A DNA stretch of 63,965 nt, counting the filler, from Chiloscyllium plagiosum (Eukaryota): assembly GCF_004010195.1 (NCBI RefSeq). It is 4 parts of one record of this genome, joined end to end, with 100 filler letters (N's around TTAATTAATTAA, not from the genome) between each part and the next. Parts side by side here need not be neighbours in the genome. Positions count along the whole stretch, not along the records: positions 1 to 31,651 come from NC_057716.1; positions 31,752 to 49,584 come from NC_057716.1; 2 more parts are not named here. One strand, written 5' to 3'. The position numbers and the translations under genes were made by a program. Below, piece by piece: positions 25,873 to 38,255 of the stretch (position 1 is the first letter of the stretch; each line of letters begins with the position of its first letter). Below the pieces are notes generated by a model. The model saw only the letters and a list, made by a program, of their open reading frames with translations, was not told the DNA's origin and did not search any database.

Positions 25873-27894
25873 CTAAAAGCAAAATTATACAACTTTACTG
25901 TCTCCCATCTGCAGCTGTTGCTTTGTTTGGCTGTGCATACCTGAGTTGGCATGGCCAAGATTAGGAAATTGCTCGCCTGGGGCACATTCAACTCTGTGTT
26001 TTCTTCTTTCAATCTGTGGTTGCTCTCACAGTGTTGCTGTTACAACTTGCCTGCATTCTTATTCAGTGTTGCAAAATCACCTGGCACCTTCTGCTTGGCC
26101 TCGGTTCATTTTGAGACATGGGTTTCCTAAGTCCAGATTTGAAGAGGATATACTGAGTACTGTTCAGATTCACGAGAACATAACCGACCCGGTTCAATGA
26201 TAGGACACCTGTCCCCTTTAACATAGAAACATAGAAGATAGGGGCAGGAGGAGGCTATTTGACCCCTCGAGCCTGCTTTGCCATTCAATATGATCATAGT
26301 TGAATATCGAGCTCAATACTTAATATCGCCCACCCCCATATCTCTTGATCCATCTCACCATAAGAGCTATATCTTTCTCCTTCTTGACAACACATTATGT
26401 TTTGCCCTCAACCATTTTGTGCAAGTGAATTCCACAGGCTCACCACTCTGCGTGAAAAAAATTATTTTAGTATTCATTTGTGAGATGTAGGTGTCGCTGG
26501 CTGTCAAGCATTTATTTTTGGTCTTAGTTGCCCTTGACAAGATGGTGGTGAACTGCTGCAGTTCACATCCTATGAGTTGACCCACAATGCTATTTGGGAG
26601 GGAATTCCAGGGTTTTGAACCAGTGACATTGAAGAACAAAGAACAATACAGCACGGGAACAACCCCTTCGGCCTTACAAGACTGTGTACACACATTTTAC
26701 CCTTCTATATTAAAACTGTCTTCACTTGCAGGATTCGTATTTCTCTGTTCTCTTTCTATTCATGTATTTGTCCAGGTGTTTCTTGATATATTGATATAGT
26801 TCCAAGTTTTTTTAAATTCATTTATATGATGTGGCGACTCTGGCTAGACCAGCATTTATTGCCCATAGGTTAGTTAAGAGTTAACCACATTGCTGTGAGT
26901 CTGGAATCACATGTAGGCCAGGTGACAGACCAAGTAAGATGGCAGATTCCTCAAGAACATTAGTGGACTGGATAAGTTTTTCCAATAATCGATAATGGCT
27001 TCATGAACACCAGACCGTTAGTTCAAGATTCTTTTTATTAAATTCAAACTCCACCATCTGCCATGGTAGGATTTGAACTGGGATCCCCAGAACATTAGTT
27101 AAATTTCTGGATTAACAATCTAGCGACAATACTACTAGGCCATTGCCTCCATCTACTTGGAGGGGAACTTTCAGGTGGCACTGTGCCCATCGTATCTGCT
27201 GTCCTTGTCCTTCTAGATGGAAGTGGGCGTGGGTTTGGAAAGTTCTGCCTGAAGATCTTTGGTGAATTTCTGCAATGCATCTTGTGGCTAGTATACTTTG
27301 TTGCTACTGAGTGTCAGTGGTGGAGGAAGTGAATATTTGTGGATGTGGTGCCAATCGAGTGGGCTGCTTTGTCCTGGATGGTGTCAAGATTCTTCTTTGT
27401 TGGAGCCACACCAATCCAGGCAAGTGGGGACTATTCCATAACACTCCTTTGTCTTGTAAATGGTTTTGGGAAGTCAGAAGGTGAGTTATCTGTTTTTGTA
27501 GCCATTGTGTTTATGTGGTGAGTCCAGTTCAGTTTCTGGTCAACGGTAATCCCAAGGAAGTTGAAAGTGAGTGATTCAGTGATCAGAACACCAAGGGGCA
27601 GTAGTTAGATTCCTGATGAAGGGCTTTGGGCCAAAATGTCGATTCTCCTGCTCCTCGGATGCTGCCTGACCTGCTGTGCTTTTCCATCACCACACTTCAA
27701 CTCTAATCTCCAGCATCTGCCATCCTCACTTTCACCTAGTGGTTAGATTGTGTTTTATTGGTGATGGTAATGGCCTAGCTTTTGTTTGGCACGAATGTTA
27801 CCTGTCACTTGTCAGTTCAAACCCTGATATTGCGCAGGTCTTGTTGCATTTGAAAATGGACTGCTTCAGTATCCAAGATAGACGCCCACATTAA

Positions 27895-28365
27895 GGGTGG
27901 TACAGTGACTCAGTGGTTAGCACTGCTGTCTCACAGTGCCAGGGACCCAGATTTGATTCCAACCTTGGGTGACTGTCTGTGTGGAGTTTCCTCCAGGTGC
28001 TCTGGTTTCCTTCCACAGTCCAAAGATGTGCAGGTCAGATGAATTAGATGAAACTGAGGACTACAGATGCTGGAGATTAGAGTCAAGCTTAGAGTGGTGC
28101 TGGAGATGCACAGCAGGTCAGGCAGCATCCAAAGAGCAGGAAAATCGATGTTTCAGGCAGGAGTCCTTCATCAGGAATGAGGTTAGGTGAGTTGGCCAAG
28201 CTAAATTGCCCATAGTGTTCAGGGATGTGTAGGTTAGGTGCATTAGTCAGGGGAAAAGTAGAGTAATAGGGGAATGGGTCTAGGTGGATTACTCTTCGAA
28301 GAGTTGGTGTGAACTTGTTGGGCTAAATGGCCTGCTTCCACAGTGTAGGGATTCTAATTCTAAGT
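27895..28365 (+). mobile_element. V-SINE with nested antisense hammerhead-bearing insert (~28045-28180)
   Basis: Head gggtggtacagtgactcagtggttagcactgctg; tail gggattctaattct. Confidence 0.85.
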
Positions 28366-28369
28366 TCTA

Positions 28370-29040
28370 GACGAGCAGGAGGCTGGAAGAACACAGCAAG
28401 CCAGACAGCATCAGGAGGTGGAGATGTTGATGTTTCAGGTGTAGCCCTTCTTCAGGGTGGTGAAGTGGGGATAGGTGAAGACAGGCAGAGGGTAGCTTTG
28501 ACAAAGGGTCAGTTAGACTCGAAACGTCAGCTCTTTTCTCTCCTTACGGATGCTGCCAGACCTGCTGAGATTTTCCAGCATTTTCTCTTTTGGTTTCAGA
28601 TTCCAGCATCCGCAGTAATTTGCTTTTATAGAGGGTATGACCTGGTTGATCAGTGGGAGGAATAAATCGGCAGGTGACTGGGAGGAGTGGAAGGGAGTTG
28701 GGGAGGGGAAGGGAAGGGAGTTTATTTGAAATTGGAGAACTCAATGTTGAGTCCTCCAGGCTGTAGGCTGCTCAGGCAGAAGATGAGGTTTTGTTCCTCC
28801 AACTTGCGGTTTGGTTCATTGTGGCATTGGAGGAGGCCAAGGATGGTCATGTCAGAAAGTGAGTGGGAAGGGAAATTAAAATGGACAGTTAATAGGAGGT
28901 CCGTCAACCCCTGCAGCCCTGGCTGAGATGTTTGGTGGACTATGCTGTAAGTTTATGTTCGGTCTCCCCGAACATAGAGAAGACCGCATCGGGAGCACCT
29001 GATGTAGCAAACTAAGTTGGAAGAGAGGCAGGTAAACCTC
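28370..29040 (-). mobile_element. Penelope-like 3' region with a second Penelope terminus (+ 28497-28630) nested
   Basis: HFNFPSHSLSDMTILGLLQCHNEPNRKLEEQNLIFCL..LQPGGLNIEFSNFK (ORF 28722-28907). Confidence 0.85.
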
Positions 29041-29539
29041 TGAGGAGCCATGAATGTTGCTGAAATTTGCACAAGTCATCAACAAACAGCCCCATTTCTG
29101 ACATTATGATCGAGGGAAAGTCATTTATGACACAGCTGAAGATGTTTGGGCTTAGGACACTATCCTGAGGAACGTCTGCAGAAAGGTCCTGGAGCCACAA
29201 TGACTGACCTCCAACAACCATGACCATCTTTCTATGTGCCATCTATGACTCCAGCCAATAGAGAGTTTGTCCACTCAGGCTCCTTGCTGCTATACTCAGT
29301 CAGAAACAGCTTTGATGTGAATTTCTCTTCATCTCAGTCCTAAAAGGTTTACCCCTTATCCTTGAGCTATAACCTCTGGTTCTGGATTTCTGCAGCATTA
29401 GGAACATCCTTGCCAGAATCATGCGGTCACACAGAATGGAAACAGACCTTTTGGCTGAACGTATCCATGCCAAACAGGTTTCCTAAACTGAATCGGTCCC
29501 ATTTGCCCGCATTTGGCCCATTTCCCTTTAAATCTTTCT

Positions 29540-30985
29540 CCCCAGAGGCCGGTATCCCATCACCAAGTCACCCTTTATTTACACATTGAGAGGCTTTGAC
29601 ATCAATCTAGCTCTTTAAAAGCCAGCTCCCAGCGTGAAAAGAATATCAGTCACTCCTGTTCTTATTGGTCAGCAAGGGCTCCCTGATTAACAACTCCAAA
29701 CAGGAAAGTATATTTTATGGTATCCACCTGACTGACCTTGTTAAAATCACCACATCCTTGCCCCTCTGAGTCTGAGCTCATAGGCTAATTCTTTTTATTG
29801 TACCTCCACCTAGAACATTTGAACATCAGGTTCTTCCAACTCTGTCTGTGATACAGGTGACATGTAACGCAAATTAGATTAGATTAGATTCCCTACAATG
29901 TGGAAACAGGGTCTTCGGCCCAACCAGTCCATACCGACCCTCCGAAGAGTAACCCACCCAGACTCATTTCCCTCTGACTAATCCACCTAACACTATGGGC
30001 AATTTAGCGTGGCCAATTCACCTGACCTGCACATCTTTGGACTGTGGGAGGAAACCGGAGCACCCGGAGGAAACCCATGCAGACACGGGGAGAATGCAAA
30101 CTCCACACAGACAGTCACCCGAGGCTGGAATCGAACCTGCGACCCTGGTGCTGTCAGGCAGCAGTGCTAACTACTCAGAAACTGTGCCGCCCCTCCTTTG
30201 CATCTTGGAAGACATTCATTCTCTTTTTGAGGTGGCAAAGGCATAGAGGCAGCATCACCCATCTCAGATTCTGAGGAAACTTCAATTCTTGATGGAGAGA
30301 TAGAACTCATGGGTTCCAGAACAATTCCAGAACAAAAGCTGTTGAGGAGTGCCCCCACTCAGTTTGTGAATTTGCACCTTTCATATGGTCCACATGCTTA
30401 TTTGAGACCGTTGCATTACTTGAACTTTATACGTTACTGGACCTGACCTTGCGCTAACCATGCCTCTCACTCAGGCAGGGCCATTCTCGTGGCTCCTATA
30501 CCAAATTTTTGTTCCTGTCTCTCTCACTTAGTGGAGTCATGACCGCCATTTGCATTCCTGATGCCGTTTCACCCTCTCCACCAGGTCGGGAAGCTCAGAT
30601 TTAACCTGACGCAGAGTCTTCTCCCCAGTAGCAGAGTTCTCCCTGTCATTACATGAGGGGTGGTCTTACAGTCCAATAGGAACCAGGACAGTTTGGTGTG
30701 TAGGGAAACTATAGGTTGTTTCTTTAAACTTTCCTTTGAGGTTTGTGCCACACTTTCTGCACGATCACTGGATGATAGATAGTATGGAGCTATCCTTATA
30801 TGACAAATACTATTCAACATTAGAATGTACTCAAATTCACTGCAGTAAACAATGGCCTGTTATCTGTGACCAACATTTCTGGGATCTGTGTATTGCTAAA
30901 GAAGTGTGCAGTTTTTCTATCGTTGTCTCTGTGTTTGATGAACTCTATGCATGTCCAGCCACTTTGAGTGGGCGTCCACAATGAC
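29540..30985 (-). mobile_element. Gypsy/Ty3 LTR retrotransposon remnant: integrase, PPT and 3' LTR; V-SINE nested at ~29873-30191
   Basis: Minus-strand VDAHSKWL, LVTDN, HIRIAPYY.SS..RAES..QT.KE.LKK, FLL..KTTPH..TG, SGPVTYKVQV..KHVD; purine tract at 29755-29767 then TG at 29754 and AATAAA within the LTR. Confidence 0.85.
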
Positions 30986-30992
30986 TAAGAAC

Positions 30993-32140
30993 ATAGACTC
31001 ATAGAGTCATAGAGATGTCCAGCATGGAAACAGATCCTTCAGTCCAACCCATCCATGCCAACCAGATATCCCAACCCAATCTAGTCCCACCTGCTAGCAC
31101 CTGGCCCATATCCCTCCAAACCCTTCCTATTCATATACCCATCCAAATGCCTCTTAAATGTTGCAATTGTACCAGCCTCTACTACATCCTTTGGCAGCTC
31201 ATTCCATACATGTACCACCCTCTGTGTGAAAAAGTTGCCCCTTAGGTCTCTTTTATATCTTTTCCCTCTCACCCTAGACCTATGCTTCTGGACTCCCTCA
31301 CCCCAGGGAATATACTTTGTCTATTTATCTTAACCATGACCCTCATAATTTTGTAAACCTCTATAAGGTCACCCCTCAGTCTCCGCGCTCCAGGGAAAAC
31401 AGCCCCAGCCTGTTCAGCCTCTCCTTACAGCTCAAATCCTCCAACCCTGGCAACATCTTTGTAAATCTTTTCTGAAACCTTTCAAGTTTTACAACATCTT
31501 TCCAATAGGAAGGAGACCAGAATTGCACGTAATATTCCAACAGTGGCCTAACCAATGTCCTATACAGCCGCAACATGACCTCCCAACTCCTGTACTCAAT
31601 ACTCTGACCAATAAAGGAAAGCATACCAAACGCCTTCTTCACTATCCTATCNNNNNNNNNNNNNNNNNNNNNNNNNNNNNNNNNNNNNNNNNNNNTTAAT
31701 TAATTAANNNNNNNNNNNNNNNNNNNNNNNNNNNNNNNNNNNNNNNNNNNNCCTACCATAACTACCCTATTATTCTTAAAGATAGCTGAGATCTCCTTAC
31801 AAGTTTGTTTCTCAATTTCCCTCTGACTATTAGGGGATCTATAATACAATCCCAATAAGGTGATCATCCCTTTTTTATTTCTCAGTTCCACCCAAATAAC
31901 TTCCCTGGATGTATTTCCGGGAATATCCTCCCTCAGCACGGCTGTAATGCTATCCCTTATCAAAAATGCCACTCCCCTTCCCCGCTTGCCTCCTTTTCTA
32001 TCCTTCCTGTAGCATTTGTATCCTGGAACATTAAGCTGCCAGTCCTGCCCATCCCTGAGCCATGTTCCTGTAATTGCTATGATATTGCAGTCCCATGTTC
32101 CTAACTATGCCCTGAGTTCATCTGCCTTCCTTGTTAGGCT
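30993..32140 (-). mobile_element. CR1 (HER1-like) LINE, 3' end and endonuclease part separated by an assembly gap
   Basis: ORFs 31081-31642 and 31700-31972 (IWVELRNKKG.ITLLGLYYRSPNS). Confidence 0.9.
31652..31751. other. 100-bp scaffolding gap with TTAATTAATTAA linker (also 49585-49684 and 59519-59618)
   Basis: N44-TTAATTAATTAA-N44 identical at three places; assembly artefact. Confidence 0.9.
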
Positions 32141-33170
32141 AGCGTGTTCTAAGCATCTACTACTCTGTCTAAAATATATTTTCCCCTCACATTGCCTTTC
32201 AACTCTCCCCCTCTTACCTCAAATGTATGTCCTCAAGTATTAGACAATTCTTGGAAAATGATTCTGACTGTCAACTCGATCTATGCCTCTCATAATTTTA
32301 TAAACATCTGTCAGGTCTCCCTGAGCACTACTCCAGAGAAAATAACCTTAGTTTGCCAGCCTTTCCATACCCTCTAATCCAGGCAGCATCCACTTCCAGA
32401 TGTTCTAGGCATCAAAGGGTATGGGGAGAAGACGGGAATATAGCACTGAGATAGAGAATCAGCTCTAATTGTATGGAATGACAGAACAGCGTTGAATTGC
32501 TGAATGACTTCCTTCAGCTCTTAGTTTTTACATTTCCCACAATTGTGAAGAGTAAAGCAAACTCTCAATCCCAGTCTTGAATATACCTGGCTGAGTGTGG
32601 ATCCACATTCCTGTGTTGTGGCGAATTCCAAAGGTTTGTTATTTCCTGAGGGGAAGAGACACCTTTTGATCGTTGTCTGAAATTGTTGGCTCCTAATCCT
32701 GCGACTAGCCTATTGTTGTGGATATATTTTTCACAACATCAGTGCCATAATGGAAGAAAAGCAGAAAAAAAACTTTGTGTGTCACAACATGAGCATTCTT
32801 GCCCCTCTGAACACCATATCAATATGTCACCTTGAACAGAGTGACCGGGTCACTATTACTGTAACAAACCAAAGAGAGCAATGTGGACAGAGATTCTTCA
32901 CATTTCTGCTTTACCCTACTCTGTTTATTGTCCAAAGGGCTCTCGCTGTTTATGTTTCATCCTTCCCTGTCGCTTCCTCACAATCTCTCTAATTTTCTCT
33001 TCCTTTCCCTAATTCTCATCCTTTCACTTTTTCTCTTCTTTCCTGTTCTCCATTTCAGTCTCTCCATTTGTATCTTTCTCTCTCAAAGCTTCTAATTGCT
33101 CTCTCCTTTCTATCTCTCGCACACACACACACACTGTTCCTCTCTCTTTCTCTGTTTGTGTTGGATCTAG

Positions 33171-33440
33171 ACCCTCCAGTAAGGATCGTGAACAGTTCCT
33201 CTCCGGTATTGAGTGTACTGACTGGGAGTCAGGTTGTTCTGTCATGTGAGCTCTCTCAGCACAATGCCGAGGTGAGATGGTTCAAGGATGGGGTGAAGGT
33301 GGAGAGGAACGAGAAGTGCACAATGGAAATGGATGGAAAATGCAGAAGGCTGACTATCCGCCAGGTTACATTGGGGGACCGAGGAACGTATCTGTGTGAC
33401 GCAGTTGAGGACTCAGCCAAGTTTGAAGTGACTGTGTCTG
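33171..33440 (+). CDS. OBSL1: Internal coding exon 1 of tandem Ig I-set array, obscurin-like protein 1-like
   Basis: Pyrimidine tract and TAG acceptor ending 33170, GTGAGT donor at 33441, 270 bp, phase 1-1, no stops. Translation DPPVRIVNSSSPVLSVLTGSQVVLSCELSQHNAEVRWFKDG...DRGTYLCDAVEDSAKFEVTVS has Ig B-strand Cys, C-strand Trp and DxGxYxC. The EPPVRI...CELS...VRWYKDG.EV...CDA.DDSA.F.V.V pattern is recalled from OBSL1 central domains; gene identity is by recognition only. Confidence 0.8.
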
Positions 33441-33854
33441 GTGAGTCCTAAGTCAAGCGATACTTGATGTTATTCCCTCTAGGTCGGGACAGGGGATACT
33501 GATGTCATTCAGATTTGTAACAGGAGACACAGAGAACTCTGTTCAGCGACTGAGGGATAGCGTTTCATGCCCCCAGATGTCATGCCTTGTTGCAGAGTGA
33601 AAACTGCCTTGGAAATGAAAATATCAGTCATTGACTGATGTTTGTTGTGAGTTGGGGAAACATGCAGTTAGTCTTCAAGTAGGATACCAGGATAAGATCG
33701 CAAGGATGAGGGGCAGGAGTAGGACATTTGGCCCCTTGGAACCCTGCCCTGACTTTAAATGAGAACAAGGCTGAACCTTTACCACCAGCCAACCTTCCTG
33801 GCCACTTCAGGCTCTTGTGGTGCAGTGCTCGCATCCCTACCTCTAACCTAGCAG

Positions 33855-33951
33855 CTGAAAATGTGTTGCTGGAAAAGTGCAGCAGGTCAGGCAGCATCCA
33901 AGGAGCAGGAGAATCGCCGATTCGGGCATGAGCCCTTCTTCAGGTCAGGAA
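33855..33951 (-). mobile_element. Hammerhead-bearing mini-insertion with 13-bp TSD
   Basis: TCTAACCTAGCAG at 33842-33854 and 33952-33964; paralogous empty site at 41569-41581. Confidence 0.9.
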
Positions 33952-34264
33952 TCTAACCTAGCAGACCGAGGTTCTAATTCCAGTTCAGGTATGTCATAAC
34001 TAATCGGCTTCGTTGTGTTGGCATTGTAAATGTATCTATCTCATTCTTAAAAACAAAACACATTAAGCTCCGATTTGCTACCATTGAAATGACAACAGAA
34101 CGTCAAACCGTACAACCCAGAAACTGGCCCTTTGGTTCTCGATATTGTGCCGAACATTTCGGCAAATTAAACCAACCCTGCCCTGACTTTCAACGAGAAT
34201 GTGGCTGAACCTGTACCTTTAGCCAACCTTGCTGGCCACTTCAGGCTCTTGTGGTGCAGAGGTA

Positions 34265-35215
34265 AACACAAGGACTGCAGATGCTGAAAACCAGACTCTC
34301 GATTAGAGTGGTGCTGCAAAAGCACAGCAGGTCAGGCAGCATCCGAGCAGCAGGAAAACCGACGTTTCGGGCAAAAGCCCTTCATCAGGAATAGAGGCAG
34401 GGTGCCTGCAGAGTGGAGACATAAATGAGAGGGGGGTGGGGTTGGGGAGAAAGTAGCATAAAATACAATAGGTGAACGGGGGTGGGGATAGAGCTGATAG
34501 GTCAGAGNNNNNNNNNNNNNNNNNNNNNNNNNNNNNNNNNNNNNNNNNNNNNNNNNNNNNNNNNNNNNNNNNNNNNNNNNNNNNNNNNNNNNNNNNNNNN
34601 NNNNNNNNNNNNNNNNNNNNNNNNNNNNNNNNNNNNNNNNNNNNNNNNNNNNNNNNNNNNNNNNNNNNNNNNNNNNNNNNNNNNNNNNNNNNNNNNNNNN
34701 NNNNNNNNNNNNNNNNNNNNNNNNNNNNNNNNNNNNNNNNNNNNNNNNNNNNNNNNNNNNNNNNNNNNNNNNNNNNNNNNNNNNNNNNNNNNNNNNNNNN
34801 NNNNNNNNNNNNNNNNNNNNNNNNNNNNNNNNNNNNNNNNNNNNNNNNNNNNNNNNNNNNNNNNNNNNNNNNNNTGAAGGTGTAGGTCAGAGAGGTTGGT
34901 GGAGTGGATAGGTGGAAAGGAAGATAGGCAGGTAGGACAGGTCATGAGGGCAGTGCTGAGCTGGAAGGTTGGAGGTGGGGGAAGGGGAAATGAGGAAACT
35001 GGTGAAATCCACATTGATGCCCTGGGGTTGAAGTATTCCGAGTGGAAGATGAGGCGTTCTTCCTCCAGGCTTCGGGTGGTGAGGGAGCGGCGGTGGAGGA
35101 GGCCCAGGACCTGCATGTCCTCGGCAAGCTGGGAAGGGAGTTGAAATGTTGGGCCACAGGGCGGTGGGGTTGATTGGTGCAGGTGTCCCGGAGATGTTCC
35201 CTAAATTGCTCTGTC
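34265..35215 (-). mobile_element. Penelope-like 3' region spanning a 367-N gap
   Basis: MQVLGLLHRRSLTTRSLEEERLIF; intact hammerhead core at 34361-34388. Confidence 0.85.
34361..34388 (-). ncRNA. Minimal type I hammerhead ribozyme motif (Penelope-associated)
   Basis: Reverse complement reads CUGAUGA-A-GGGC-UUUU-GCCC-GAAA-C-GUC. Confidence 0.75.
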
Positions 35216-35669
35216 TACCCCATCTATCCCTCTCTTGTCAGGTCTGCCCTCAGTCTGTGCTTCTCCAGAGAAAATTACCTTAGTTTGTTCAGCTTGTCCT
35301 GAAAGCTCATACCCTCTAATCCAGGTAGCATCCACTTCTCAATGTTCTTGGCATCAAAGGGTGTGGGTTGAAACCAGGAATATGGCATTGAGATCGAGGA
35401 TCAGCTAAAATTGTATGGAATGACAGAGCAGCCTTGAAGCACTGAATGGCTTACTTCAGCTTAGTTTGACCTTTCCCTCAATTGTGAAGAGTCAAACAAT
35501 CTCTCATTCCCACTCTTGGATATATCTCAATGAGTGTGGAGCATTCCAAAGGTTTGTCACATCCTGAGAGAAGAAATGTCTCTGGTTCACTGTCTAAAAT
35601 AGCTGGCTCTTAATCCTGCAATTAGCCCATTGTTGTGGATATATTTTTCACAATTTCACAATAGTGGTC

Positions 35670-37310
35670 CTAATAGAAGAAGTACATAGGCAAGAGGCTG
35701 GAAGAATACAGCAAGCCAGACAGCAGAAGGAGGTGCAGAATTCGAGGTTTCGGGTGTAGCCATTCTTCAGGACAGGCGGTGGGTGTCAGGGAGCTGCATA
35801 TAAAGGGGGTGGGGGGGGGGGGGGAGGGTGGTGAGGTGGGAATAGGTGAAAACAACTAGAAGGAACAATTTGTTTGGTCAATGGGAGGAATGAGTCCGAT
35901 TGGTGGCAGGGAGCAGTGGAAGAGATGGGGAGGAGCTGGGAAGGGAGTCGGGGAATGGCAAGGGGAGTTATTTGAAATTGGAGAACTCAACGTTGAGTCC
36001 TCTGGGTTGGAGGCTGCCCAGGCAGATGAGGTGTTGTCCCTCCAAATTGCAGTGTAGTTCATTGTGGCAATGTAGGAGACCAGGGATGGTCATGTCAGAA
36101 AGGGTGTGGTTCGGGGAATTGAAATGAATGGTGACTAAGAGGTCTGGTTGGCCTCTGCAGGCTTGGCTGCGATGCTCGGCGAACTGTTCCCTAAGTTTAC
36201 GTTTGGTCTCCCCGATGTAGAGAAGACCACATTGCGATCACCTAAGTTGGAAGAGAGGCAGGTGAACCTCTGTCTCACCTGGAAGGGCTGTTTGGTGCCC
36301 TGGATAGAAGTGAGGGGGGTAGTGTACATGCAGGTTTTGCATCCAGTTGCAGGGTTTGGGAATAGTTGGTGGGGAGAGCGGCACAAAACATGTATTGTCA
36401 AAGGGAAAGGCAGAGAGGGGAGGGGAAGATGTTCTTGGTGGTGGGGTCCAGTTGGAGTTGGCAGAATGTTTAAGGATGATGTGCTGAATGCGGAGACTGG
36501 GAGGTGGTAAGTGAGGACAAGGGGGACTCTGTCTTTATTGCGTTGGGGGGAGTTTAGAGCAGTGGAATGGGGAATGAAGCGGTGTGTCAGAGGGCTATCT
36601 GGGTGACAGAGGGAAGGAAAGCACATTGTTCAAAATAGATGGACATCTGGGTTGCTCACGAGTGGAATGTTTCCTTGTCTGAGCAGAGGCAGAGGAATTG
36701 GGAGAATGGGATGGAGTTCTTGCAGGATATTGGGTGGGAGGAGGTATAGTCCAGATAGATGTGAGAGCCTTTGGGTTTGTAGTAAAAATCCGTCTGGAGC
36801 TTGTCGCCGGAGATGGACCGAGCATCGCAGCCAGGCCCGCAGGGGCCAACCGGACCTCCATCCATTTCAATTCCCCTAACTACTCCCTTTCCGACATGAT
36901 CATTCTTGGCCTCCTACATTGCTACAATGAACCACACTGCAATTTGGAGGGACACCACCTCATCTTCTGCCTGGGCCGCCTCTATCTAGGAGGACTCAAC
37001 ATTGAGTTCTCCAGTTTCAAGTAACCTCCCTTCCCAGCCCCTCCCCACCCCTTCCACTGCTCCCTGCCACTAACCGGTTTCATTCCTCACATTGACCCTC
37101 TGCCTGTCTTCACTTATCCCCACTTCACCACCCTGCCCCCTTTATCTGCAGCTCCCCGTCAACCACCCCCCACCCCGTCCTGAAGAACAATTACACCCAA
37201 AATGTCGACTTCTCCATGGCTTGATGCTGCCTGACATGCTGTGTTCTTCCAGCCTCTTGCCTGTTTCTTTTGGATTCCAGCATCTGCATTTATTATATCT
37301 CTAACCTAAT
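35670..37310. mobile_element. Penelope-like element with inverted terminal copy, paralogous to 45510-47260
   Basis: Minus-strand body to ~36815 then plus-strand terminus; same junction (ggagatggaccgagcat) and insertion site as the copy upstream of exon 5. Confidence 0.85.
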
Positions 37311-37640
37311 GGAAGAAGAGCAGAAACAAAATTTTGTGTGTTGAACATTCTTGTCCACACGAACACCATACCAATGTCTCACTGTGCCCAGAGCGTCAGG
37401 ATCACTATTTCTGTGACACAAACCAAGGAGAGCACTGTGGACAGGGATTCTTCACATTTCAGTCTTTCATTTTTTTATTCTCTGTCCAGGTCTCCAACGT
37501 GCTCTCACTGTTTATATTTTGATGTGGAAGTGCCGCTGGTGGACTGGGGTGGACAAAGTTAAAATCACACAACACCAGATTATAGTTCAGCAGGTACTTC
37601 CAAATAAACTTGTTTGACTATAATCTGGTATAGTCCATTC

Positions 37641-37668
37641 CTGAAGAAGGGCTTATGCCCGAAACGTC
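37641..37668 (+). ncRNA. Minimal type I hammerhead ribozyme motif in mini-insertion 37632-37715
   Basis: CUGAAGA-A-GGGC-UUAU-GCCC-GAAA-C-GUC; insertion flanked by 14-bp TSD CTATAATCTGGTAT (37618-37631, 37716-37729). Confidence 0.75.
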
Positions 37669-37971
37669 GATTCTCCTACTCCTTGGATGCTGCCTGACCA
37701 GCAACACATTTTCAGCTATAATCTGGTATTGTCTGTTTATGTTTTGCTCTTCCTTACAGTCTCTCCAATTTTCTCTTCTTTTGCCACATTCTTATTCTGT
37801 CACTTTTTCTCTTTTATCCTCTTCTCTATTTCACTTTCTCCATTTATATCTTCCACCCACAAATCCTCCAATTGTGCTCTCTGTATCTGTCTGTCTGTCT
37901 GTCTCCCTCTCACACACATACACTCACATACTCTTCCTTGTACTCTCTCTCTCTGTTTGTGTTGGATCCAG

Positions 37972-38241
37972 AGCCTCCGATAAGAATCATCAACAGTTCC
38001 TCTCCAGTATTAAATGTACTGACTGGGGATGAAGTTATCCTGTCATGTGAGCTATCACGGCCCAAAGTCGAAGTGAGATGGTTCAAGGACGGGGTGGAGG
38101 TGGAGCGAAACGAGAAGTGCACAATGGAAATGGATGGAAGACGCAGAAGGCTGACCATCCACCAGGTTACAATGGGAGACCGAGGGACGTACCTGTGTGA
38201 CGCAGTCGACGACTTGGCCAAGTTTGACGTGAATGTGTCCG
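37972..38241 (+). CDS. OBSL1: Internal coding exon 2 of tandem Ig I-set array (OBSL1-like)
   Basis: CAG acceptor ending 37971, GTGAGT at 38242, 270 bp, phase 1-1; EPPIRIINSSSPVLNVLTGDEVILSCELSRPKVEVRWFKDG...DRGTYLCDAVDDLAKFDVNVS. Confidence 0.8.
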
Positions 38242-38255
38242 GTGAGTCCTATGTC

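Noticed and set aside
31696..31707. TTAATTAATTAA motif repeated at 31696, 49629 and 59563
   Set aside because: Always centred in N44 runs totalling 100 bp; a scaffolding linker, not biology.
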